From contig JYFJ02001092.1 in assembly GCA_000934665.2 (NCBI GenBank), positions 1 through 64,000 on the forward strand: a stretch of DNA of 64,000 bases, written 5' to 3'. Shown in pieces: positions 52,727-63,850 of this stretch (position 1 is its first letter; each line of letters begins with the position of its first letter). The stretch comes from Catajapyx aquilonaris. Its lineage: Eukaryota. The position numbers and the translations under genes were made by a program. The notes under the pieces were generated by a model. The model made no database searches. It saw only the letters and a program-made list of their open reading frames with translations, and was not told where the DNA came from.

Positions 52727-55364
52727 TAGTTTAAACTTCAGTTAGCTCTTAACTATCCCATCAAAATGTTGGATCAACCGACTACCAATCAGTGCAACCC
52801 TCCCAATAACCTTAGCATTTGAAGAGCCTTGTCGTGACATTTTAGCTCGCTTTGGAAGAGTGCATCCATCCTGAACAAAAAACAGCCCAACAACAGATCC
52901 GTGTTCTTTTCAACCCTGAAACAGCAATAAGCCTTTTTTACACAGGCGACTTTGACCATGACTCCCTCCTCAAATGGCACCGCACACCGACACCCTTCCG
53001 ACCTCCAACTCCACCGTTCATCGTCCTTCAGCCCGTTCTTCAGCCTCTCACACAATGCCACACAGCCTCTGGAATATAGGCGTACTCCATTGTTACAGAC
53101 ATTGTTGTCCATCGTGACGTCAGTTCTATTTTGAAGGCATGGATAGACACACTTGGAAGATTCTTTCTGTGCGTGTTTTATTTTTATTTATTTGGGCCGC
53201 TGACCTTCCGAGTGTTGGTATGGTCCGACGTTGCCGTGCAGGTGTGTGGGCGGGACGTTCGGATGAAGGTCGGGTCGGGCGGCGTTTCGGTGGGGTGTTA
53301 CCAGGTTGGGGGTGGGATGTTGGGAAGGAGGTGGGGGGTACATCGATCCCTTTTTCTCCTCGTCCCTCCCCGTCGCATACACCCCCACCCCTCGACGTCC
53401 GACCTCACCCTCCCTGCCTCCCACCCAAAGACGTCACCAGCAGCGTTGCAGGGCGCCGTTGCAAATGGCCGTCTGTAGCCTGGCAGGGTCATCCTCTTTG
53501 ACTGGGGTGCCTCGTACCAACAGTGTCGAGAGCGACCTTTGACCTGGACTGGGGGGTGGTGCGTGGTCTGGTTCCGTAGGGAAAAGTGGGGGCTGAGAAA
53601 AGTTCAGGGTTGCGACCTGACACTTTGCTTTTGCGGAAACAAGTTCGTTCACCCGCCCCTCTTGTCTTCTGCCGTGTCTTCTGCTGGCTGCCAGGTAACT
53701 GGGGGGGACACCGTCAAAGGGTGGGAGATGGGAAGGGATGCTAGTCCACAGGGAGAGGGGTTTCCCCTGGCTGAATGGGACACACTGGACCCCCGGGGAA
53801 CACCTGCGTCCCGTTGCAGTCGTTTGTTGCAGTTGGGCCAGAAATCGACGTTCATACTTATGCAGGGGGTCGTCCCATGGGGATCATAACACACCTAATA
53901 TTTTTTTGAGAAAGAAATTGCCAGTGGAAATTATTTGTAACTGATATGGAATCAAAATTTGCCAACTGAGTTACACTTGAATTAGGATGCAATTAAATTT
54001 AAAATGTCCAATTAACCACAATTGCCATAATGTGGGCTTGCAATATATTTACATGCAGTTTGAGCATTTATGACAATTTAGCCAAACCATTTCATTGCGG
54101 TGAGACTTGAATTTGTTAACAAAATTGGCATGTTTAAGGTCAATAATGATGGGGAGTGGTAACATGATACGTACATTAATAGAGTGCAGTTTTGAGCACA
54201 AGATTTTTATTGATCCACTTTTACCTTGTGAATGCTGCCCACTTGATTTGATATTTTACATATTTTAGCCAAGGTTGCATTTGCATTCTCTGGTGAGCCA
54301 CATACAAGACGGCCACTTTGTTTGACATGGCTGAGCGTAGGTGTTGGGGGATCCCAATAGGCTCTAGTGTATGTATTTCTAATGATGACACATGTTGGGT
54401 GTGACTGGCATGAAGGGCATTGTTGGTGCGTGACTTATCCCATCCCAACATAGCTGACCTTGCCCAAAAGTGGGCGAAACCCATATAGGTGCAGCCTTTT
54501 GCAACAGGAAAACACTGCTTTTGTCAGGCAGACTGGCTCTGAATAAATTATGCCTGTAATGATTTTTGACTTGGCATGTAATATTGATTAGCAGGTGCCT
54601 GCGAATGCCAAAGCTAGTGATGTAATTGTTACTATTTTGTCAGGCAGATAGTCAGATAAGAGGTCCTGTCTTCTCAACAAAATTTCTTACTACATATTAA
54701 CACTATCAGTGCATAGAACTTGAAAAGGAGCGCAAAATAGCTCAAGTTTCACTCTATCAGTATCAGTTTTTTATCTGTTCGGAAAGATGAGCGTTGTGTG
54801 TAAACAATGCGCAGTGTTTTGAATGCTCAAGGCAGCACCAAAGGTACCTGGAATGTTGCCAGCACCCCCTTTTTAATGCAGTCATTGGCCCAGTAAAAGA
54901 ATGAGTGTTTCTCCTCCCCTGTCAAGAGTGTAAATAGCCACCCTTCCTATGCAACCCCAATGCTTGCCAGACTACCTTCCTAATGGATAAATTAGCAGGT
55001 ATTTGTTGTACCATGACACTGCACAGACCCAAAATGGAGCTTTCATTCTTGCAGCTTAAATGTTAAAGCAGAGGGAAGATAAAGCACAGTGATTTAAGTG
55101 TTCAGTGCAAGTGGTGCCAGTGACCCCTCGTATACCACCCACCCCCCAACTTCCTCTGGACTTCCCACCCCCACTCCGAAAGCAGACACGCTACAGGCCG
55201 GCAGGTGAGTACCTCACATGCGACTTCCTTTTGCATGCAACGCACACAATAAGTATACTGACAGGCTCTTGTGGGCCTTTTGGTCTCTCCTTTTTCTGTT
55301 GCGATTGGGGATTTGGAAAATTCCATTGGACATGTGCAGTAGCTGGCCTGGAGCATGGCCGGGG

Positions 55365-58300
55365 ATGATGGACAATGAGCAACCCCATCAGGAGCTGGTG
55401 AAATGCGTGGTGGTTGGCGACACTGCCGTAGGAAAGACTCGTTTGATCTGCGCCAGGGCGTGCAACAAGCACGTGTCATTGTCACAACTGCTCACCACAC
55501 ATGTGCCAACAGTATGGGCCATAGATCAGTACCGCATTTACAAGGATGTAAGTCAGATCATAAAGCGTGCCTGTTCCAAGTTTTTATCGCCTACTCTTGT
55601 GCAGGTTTTGGAGCGGTCATGGGAGGTGGTGGATGGTGTCAATGTTTCCCTTCGCCTGTGGGACACCTTTGGCGACCACGAGAAAGACAGAAGATTTGCA
55701 TACGGAAGGTATGATATGTAGGGTAGATGTGCTCCATATTAAAGGGGGACTTAATTGGATGTGCAGTGTACAGTCAAGTAACAGCAGCAACTGTGCAAAT
55801 ATTTAGTGTGATCTGGAGAAAGTTCTGAACAAGTAATGGAGTTAATAGTGTACAGAGTAATTCCCATTCACTGTACATCAGTGAAATTGGTGTGTACTCT
55901 GATTTGTATGGTGACACAATAGTTGTTGCTGAAGATGAGTAATATCCTAGATCACCCATTGAAATTAATTTGATTACCAGTATGCTACAAGTACAATAAC
56001 TGCATAATTCAAAAAGGAAAAAGCACATATTCTTTCATAGATTTTTTTTGGGGTGCCACACCCTTTACAGATCAGATGTGGTCCTCCTGTGCTTCTCGGT
56101 GGGCAGTGCTGCATCACTCCGTCACTGCAAAGTGATGTGGTACCCAGAGATCCGACGCTTTTGCCCTCAGACTCCAATCCTTCTGGTGGGCTGCAAAAAT
56201 GACCTTCGTTATATGTACCGGGACGAAACCTACCTATCCTTTTGTCGTGATCGCTCCCCCTTTGTCCGACCTACCCGAGCCTGCGACCTGGTCCTTCCAG
56301 AGCAGGCACGTGCAGTCGCCAAAGAGCTGGGCCTGCCTTACTACGAGACCAGTGTGCTCTCCTATCATGGGGTCAATGAGGCTTTTGAGAATGCTATAAG
56401 AGCAGCACTGGTGGCTCGAAGGCAGCAGCGGTTCTGGATGACAAATCTCAAGAGAGTAAGGAGGCCATTACTGCAAGCTCCATTCTGCCCACCTGCTCCA
56501 CCACCTCCAACCCTACATGTGTGTGGGCCTTTGCTAGAAGAGCATCTGCATGCATTGTGGGTGCAACAGGCGCACACTGATGTGGTACTTGTGGCTGGTG
56601 GAGTTGGGTTTTCAGCTCACCGGTTCTTGCTGGCGGCAGCATCCCCAGCATTGCAACGTCTCCTCACCATGGATCTGTCATCACATCTTGGTGGATTGCA
56701 TCGGAGCCCGTCAACTCCCTCTCTGGTCAGTCAGATTATGCTCATTGAGTGCAATTAGCAGGAAAGATGTACTGTACACTAAGTCTAAATTATGTTATCA
56801 GTTTCATCAACCACCTGGACATTTGCGATGCAGAACTTTTGAAGAAAGCAATAATAATGACAAATTACTTGATTTGAAACTGTGTGTTGCATGAATATGT
56901 GAACTGACATGCTCCCTCAGGCAATTTCTCCGGTTTTCTGATGGCCAATTCCCAGATTCTCCAACCCACCAGCCTGGCTGCCACATTCATGTGCCTTCCT
57001 TCCTTCCTTACAGTCACGAATGAAATTGCATGTCAGATCATCGACTTATGCAACGTGTAGTTCAGGACTATAGTCTGAATTCTGAACGCATCAGGGTAGC
57101 CACAGGACTTGCTCTGCATTGAGCAATCACCTAGCTTCAGATCTAGCTCAAGCATACCCTGCAAAATCCTTTTATTAAGAGGGTAGGCTGTGAAGGTACA
57201 TTAGGTTTGAGCAGGTCAGGTGTTTCCTACAGTTTTCAAGTTAATAAATCTTTCAATTTTGTTGGGAGGAGACTGTGACAGAGGATTTGATAACCTTTGA
57301 CCGCGAAAAGACATTGATAGTGAGTTACCTATTCTAACTTTCAAAGTAGGTGTACTAGGCAGTCTTTAATGGTACAGTCCTGCTCATAAAGAATCGTACG
57401 ACTCTATGGACGAAATGTTTATCCTCAATGTCCAGCAGTGTTCCCAATCTTATTTCGACGCGAACCTATGGATAACAACCTCTTCTTGACATCTGACAAC
57501 CTGTATGACCCATCCCGATTTTTTAATGGAATTTTTAGTTACCAAAATGCTCAACCAGGTACTGTACAATGCCTACGTAGATTTGATGGTAATTTCCCCC
57601 CGAAAATTTCCCTACTTCGCCTTATGTTTTCTTTCTTTTTTACTTACTTTTGATTCCTTTTTCCCAGCCTCCCCGACAACCATTAAAAACATGCTGGTGA
57701 CCCAGGGGTTTGGATCAGGATAAACATTTAGTCCATAGAGTCATACCATTCTTTATGAATGGTACTGTACATACATGCACTTTGTATTTGAACTTCAGAG
57801 AGGAGACCAAACTCCACTTATGTTTTTAAAATTCATATCATGTGAGAAGGAAGATATTGCAAAAGCATTTTTGGTTGAGGTCAGATAGATGCAGCTGCTT
57901 TTGCATCTTGCCACCTAATTTTCTGACCTGTTCCATGAAATTCTGCATGATGAAATATTCTAGGGATGCTTACCTTGCATAGTGAACCTAGATTTCATGC
58001 AATAAGGTGTACATTACAGAACACCACAACATGGCTTCCATTAATTCACAAAATAATGAAACAGCTTCTATTAAAATAAACCTCATTTGGATAAGAAAAT
58101 ATTCTTGCCACTAATTGAACTCATCCATGTCCAAAGAAAGTGAGAAGGGGATCTACGAGATCTATGCAATGATTCATGCAACCCAATATTTGTGCCAAAA
58201 TGGTATGGAAGTTAGGTGACTTTCTGCATTATTTCATTTCATTCCATGTAGACAAGTGAATCCACAAGTGAAGACATAGATGATGACATGGATCACCGCT

Positions 58301-61300
58301 GGCTTATAAAGTCAGATGTGACTGGTGGGAAAGATCGCACAAGTGAGGATGCCTTTGGATCAGGAAGCAAGACCCTGCGTTTCTGGGAGCAACTCAAAAG
58401 CCGAATGGGTTGTCTGGCAGGGTCAGATTCAGCTAGGAGGCCAGGTGTCTACAGAGAACTGGATCACCCTGCATTCCGATCCATTCGACTAGAAAGGGTC
58501 AGTTAATGACTGTATAACAACACCAAACTACTCGAATTTAATTCACATATGGCTAACATTCTTCTTTCTAACTATTCTGGCATATATGCAACGGACAGGG
58601 GGAACTAACTACCATGTTAATAGAGCCCAGCTCTTACCATCAATGTCTTTGGACAGGTTGACAGACCCCTTGGGCTCTGGAGACCAGTGATCTAAACCAT
58701 AAAGCACTATAGTAAAATGTCAGTTGTTAATTATTAATTACCATAACTTAGCATTACTACAATGCCAAGTTTTTCTAGTGACTGGTTCTGTTGATCAACC
58801 AAGTGGATACAAGCAGATGTAATTGTGAAGGAAAGTGTCATAATTCACTTTGCAAGAAATTTTTAAAATGTACTCTACATTAACGTCACTGTAATCGTTT
58901 CGGGAAGGGCAATCACTTCATGGCATCTGAAACTACCTTGTGTGTCCCCATTTTAGAGGTCAGGTCCAGAGACCAAAGGTCGTCCCACTGCCTCCCTTCA
59001 GACGGTAGTGACACTCAGCAAGTTGGTGACTGCTCAGGCCATGCGCCAGTGCCTCCAGTTTCTCTACACTGGAAATCTGGATGCAAGGTTCTGTGAATTG
59101 CAGGTGAGTTGTCTGTGTCCAGTTCTAACGTACAGGGTCAGGAATGGAGGGTACGAGATGATGTTTTTTTTTTTCTTTCTGCCTCGTCCTACATCCTTCT
59201 TCTTTTGTGCTGCATAGACTGTACCTCTTGGACTGCTGCTGGTAAATGGTTTCCTCATACTGGATCTGTGTTGTGCATGTTCATGGGATTTGGAATTCAC
59301 CAGTGGGTCAAAGTTTGATGCGATTCTGACAATACACGCATTGTGTAGTATTTTAAATTAATGACATAATGTTGATGTTTTTGAATATAAATAATGTGCT
59401 ATCAATAGGAATGCAACATTATGGATTTACTTCCTCTGGAGTGCTGTGGCACCTGGAAATCTCAGCTTGGAACACTTGTTAGTTACAGTCTAATTTGCAT
59501 CAAAATATTTCCTATTCAAGGCTTTGTCAATGGTATTAAGAGTATTTACAAGTCAAACTGAAATCTGTACTTGTTTTTGCAGATTACTCATTGGAGTAGA
59601 ATTAGTTGGGCATAAAGTAATTTTGCCTTCCTGACCTGCTTAGGAAATCCGCCAAGCTGCAGAGTTCATAGATCTACCAGAACTGCTCATGTTTGTGACC
59701 AACGTTCAGGCTCATGAAGAATTCCTCAATACTGAACTCCGCCAGAGGTACCGGCAGGTAAAATTGCAACGACAAAATATACCTACATTTCTTTTCTGCA
59801 TTTCTTGCCCGTTTTCTCTTGACCCATCTTTCAAGCTCATGATATTTCAGGTCCTGCAGAACAGACTTCAGGAACTCTGCTTGGAGCAAGGCTTGTTTTC
59901 AGATGTGCTTTTCCAGTTGGATGATGGAGTCTGTGCTGCACATAGGCCACTCCTGATGGCTGCCTGTGACGTCATGAAGGCTATGTTCTCTGGACACTTC
60001 AGGGAGTCTTCAGCTAAAGTGGTGCGTGAGTCTAAAAAAGAAAGAAAGAAATGACTACATCATTTGCAAGTTGTGTGGGTAAACCAATCATTCTACATGC
60101 ATGAATACATTGGACTATGTGAGTCAAGTATTATGGAGCACCTGTTACAATATTTCTTTTCATTATATTATAATCACAGTAATAATTATTGGATTCCTGC
60201 TCAAAATGAAGGGGAAATGCAACTGTATTTATGTGGAGAATTTTAATGCTTATTTTACTTCATGATGGTATACCCATACATACATCTTCATGATGCTTTT
60301 AGAGAGTACTCATACACTGAAACCATGATTTCTTGATAAGGACTAGTACAGGTGCGTAAGTAGTGGCAGCACAGACTGTGAATATTTCTTCCATCACTTC
60401 TGCAGGCTTCTGCAATGTTTTCAAAATTACAAGTGGTTTATCAATAATTTTCTCCCCCTAGGTGGTGTTCCCTGGTGTTCGTGAGGAAACATTTCGGCAT
60501 CTTCTGTGCTACCTGTACACAGACAGGTGTCCTGGGGTAACACCAGGGTCATGCCTAGCACTCCTGGAACTCGCCAACCGGCTGTGCCTGCCACGTCTGG
60601 TGCAACTAGTAGAGGAAAGGGTGGTGCAAGAGCTCCAAATTGCATCAGACAAAGGAGGCGAGGTGGTAGAAGAGTGCCTCAGACTGCTAGAGCCATGCCA
60701 GGTCAGTCATGGAGGACTCTTGTGCTAATTTTCCATGCTTACATATGGTCTTAGATGTAGGCCTACTATGTCGCTCAAAAAAATGGAGACGATTGTGCAT
60801 TTGGTTTCAATGCAAAATCGTCTCCATCTTTTTGAGCAATATAGTACACACATCATTCTAAATTGGTATAGAATATGATCAGTTGTCGCTGATGCAGTAT
60901 ACATTTGGTGGTCATAGCACTTGATCTAGTCTTAGTCTGGAGAATCTGCAAAGGCAGTTCCAACCTTCACCTGGTTTTTTGGTCCTTGTCTTGAGATGAG
61001 TTTGTGAGATCAAACTTTGTTTTAGTCCGTCAGTCTGTGGTCCAAGGACCAATCAATGACTTGGACTATTCTGGTAGGCAGCATGTAAACTAGATGATGG
61101 CTGTGGTTGCAATGTTTGAATGTGCTCCTGATCAATGAATTGAATGTGAGCATTTAAAATGAGTGCATACCAGAGTGCCCAAATAATGAAAATGCCCTTT
61201 TGACTCCTGCAGCAGCAGGGGTGGAAAGCAGGAACTACCTGGCACAAAGCCATAAAGGACTTTGGCTGAAGGATGAGACTTAAGGATTAAGACAAGTGCT

Positions 61301-63850
61301 AAATCTGTCAGTGTCTACTATGTCTAGATCAGGGGTGGGCAAACTTTTTTCTCTGTGGGCCGCATAGAGATTTTTTTAAAATATACGGGCCACATCTAAC
61401 AAAAGAAATTGCAACTTATAAAAAAGTTTACAATATATCCATCATTTTAAATGAACTTCCATTAATTGCATAAATTATCATTAAATTCTCTGAAAATTGA
61501 TAAATGTGCTAAATATGTACAGTACATCAATTAAAATGGCCTGAGAAATAATAAACAATATTTTTGTGAATTTAAAAGAATTAAAAAGAAAGGCACAGGC
61601 ATAAAATTTTGCTATTTTAATTTTTCAACATTTTCAGGAATACCGAAATTTTTGTGCGGGCCACACAAATTGTCTTCCGGCCCGTGGGCCATAGTTTGCC
61701 CACCCCTGGTCTAGATCCATTAATGTTTTCCAATGTAATACATATTATGGATAATGCTATTACTCCTTTGGGGCATATCATTCTAGACTGTTCTTATTTT
61801 GTTACATGCCAAAATCTTCTGCATAACACCCAGCCAATTGCCAGGTGGTCATACCCATCTGCCAGTTACAAGGCTTCTCCTTCTCTCCTGTATGCTAAGA
61901 ATGCCAGAATAAGTCATTTTTGGAGTGAGTGTGACATCAGGTTTGTGAGTGTTTGGTGTAGTTGCATTAGCCTCACCAAGTCCATAGAATTCAACCTGAA
62001 ATTTGTAAGAGGTTTTTAAAAATTTGTGTGACGCTGAGAAATTGTGATTTGATTTAGCCTAATTCTTAAATCGCTGACTGCAGCAATATAAGTTATACAT
62101 ATTTTTCAGATTCACAATGCTGATCAGCTGGCTGAATGGTGCATCCACCACTTAGCAACAAACTACAATGCCATCTGCAAGAAGTCCCCAAAATTGCTTC
62201 GCAGTCTGCATCCAGAGAATCAGGCATACCTCAATGAGCACCGTTGGCCACCAGTCTGGTATGTTGAATCAGTCTGAACCAGCCCCCAGACACTACCCTT
62301 ACAATCTTATCTTATCGCCTGACGGGGCGTTTTGCATGAGGTGCTCACTTGAGAGCGCCATGAGACATTTCACTGCTACATTATGTGGCGCTGAACTTTA
62401 TAGGTACAAAAGGGAAGTGCTACATTGGGGGACCCAACATGGTCGCCGGTGGCCATGTTGGGCCCGCATGTAGCGGCTTCCCTTCTACCTAAGTTCAGCT
62501 TCATCTGGCAGGTTCGCCACATATTGTAGCAGTGAAACTGTCTCATGGCGCTCTCAAGTGAGTACCTCATGCAAAACGCCCCGGAAAGCGATAAGGAGTG
62601 ACCAGACCTTAGTATTCTAAGACCATGGTCTGAACAGTTGTGGCAGAAGTTGATAATGTTGAGGTGAAATGACTCCATAAAGATTGCCATTTTGGAAGGT
62701 TTAAAAAAAATTCACAGTATATCGACCCCTATTATACCAAGGGCATTGAAAGTGTAAGGTAGTTTGTCAGATGGAGTCATGGACCTCTTTCATGGAAAAG
62801 TAATGGAAGCGTACAGTGTTGGACATAAATCGAGGCATACTGCTAGCGACATTTTCCAAAGTGGCAGAAGAACGAACCGAAGCAATGCAATGAGTGAGAC
62901 AGGAGTGAGATGCGCGCAAGCAAGAACTGATGGGCTGTGCCTGACCTCAGACTGGTGCAATCGTTCAAAACACTTTGAAATGTTAATGGCATTGCCTTTT
63001 TCTCATTATTTTGAGCCAGTAATTCGGACACATCGTGCATGTGATTATATACAATGTTTTATCAAGACGATGAGGTTCAGGGTTCTTGAAGTGCATAATT
63101 ATAAGCATCACTTATTCATAATTTGGCATTTTTATTGCTGAATAGCCTCATGACGGGAAAGAAACAGCCTTTGCTCCCCATGACACATTTAAAACAGTTC
63201 ATTTCTAATCACCTTCAAAGTCTCGTGTAGAGTTGCTATCACCAGAAATATGGTAGTCCTACTGTTGCACTGCGCCATACGACTTGCCTCTACAACTTGC
63301 CCCATATGATTATACCTGCACATTTAAAAATGCCAACCCTTCCCCTACACTACTTGCACAGCCCACCACGTCTTGCTCGCACGCATCTGACTCCTGTCTC
63401 ACTCATTTCATTGCTTCGGTTCATTCTGCTGCTTCGGAAAATGTCGCTAGCAGTATGCCTCGATTGATGTCCAACACTGTACTATAAAAATGTCGATGTG
63501 AGTTACGTTAAGGGGAGACAAACCTTTATCTCACTGCTATGAAAACATTAGCACTACCTTTCAAATGAAGATGGCTACATGTACACACACATCCTATTCC
63601 CTCATTAATTTGCAAAACCCAAAAGTACCAGCTGGAAATAACGTTCATTGAAGTAATATCACTACTGTGTCCGGTGGGGTTTAGGTATCTGAAGGACTAT
63701 GACTACTACCTCAAGTGCTTGCTGGAACGAGAGAAGGAGGACAACAAGAAGCCACTGAAGAGGAGTCGGAACAACTCAGGCTGTTTGTGCTTCACAGGGA
63801 AGTCACGACGGGATGAGTCATCTCAGTCATCCAGTTACCATGCTGTATGA
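55365..63850 (+). CDS. RhoBTB: Rho-related BTB domain-containing protein (atypical Rho GTPase + Pro-rich linker + tandem BTB + C-terminal domain), ~724 aa, 10 coding exons
   Basis: Exons 55365-55547, 55605-55708, 56071-56725, 58252-58497, 58957-59103, 59644-59757, 59851-60021, 60462-60701, 62110-62258, 63685-63850 in phase (2175 nt). Motifs [95 protein letters not shown] and [10 protein letters not shown] are diagnostic. Confidence 0.95.
57375..57767. mobile_element. Tc1/mariner-type MITE, ~393 bp, in a RhoBTB intron
   Basis: TA|CAGTCCTGCTCATAAAGAATCGTACGACTCTATGGACGAAATGTTTATCC ... GGATAAACATTTAGTCCATAGAGTCATACCATTCTTTATGAATGGTACTG|TA: ~50-bp imperfect TIRs, CAGT termini, TA flanks. Confidence 0.8.
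60766..60844. mobile_element. ~79-bp palindromic mini-element flanked by TA
   Basis: CTATGTCGCTCAAAAAAATGGAGACGATTGTGCATT (short loop) AATGCAAAATCGTCTCCATCTTTTTGAGCAATATAG with TA on both sides. Confidence 0.75.
61330..61708. mobile_element. hAT (Charlie/Buster-type) MITE, 379 bp, with exact 8-bp TSD
   Basis: Perfect TIR CAGGGGTGGGCAAACT ... AGTTTGCCCACCCCTG; identical flanks GTCTAGAT at 61322-61329 and 61709-61716, matching the nTCTAGAn target preference of Charlie/Buster elements; subterminal GGGCC(G/A)C motifs; AT-rich interior. Confidence 0.92.
62311..62595. mobile_element. ~285-bp fold-back (whole-length inverted repeat) element in the last RhoBTB intron
   Basis: CTTATCGC...CGGGGCGTTTTGCATGAGGTGCTCACTTGAGAGCGCCATGAGACA pairs with TGTCTCATGGCGCTCTCAAGTGAGTACCTCATGCAAAACGCCCCG...GCGATAAG. 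Inner arms GCTGAACTT/AAGTTCAGC and CCCAACATGG/CCATGTTGGG also pair. No clear TSD. Confidence 0.82.

Noticed and set aside
55390..56210. Non-canonical GTPase motifs (DTFGD, CKND) in RhoBTB
   Set aside because: These deviations are the known family signature of RhoBTB, not a novelty or pseudogene sign.
57944..58002. TGATGA box-C-like motif within a weak hairpin in a RhoBTB intron (snoRNA?)
   Set aside because: No box D (CTGA) at a suitable distance and no evident guide sequence.
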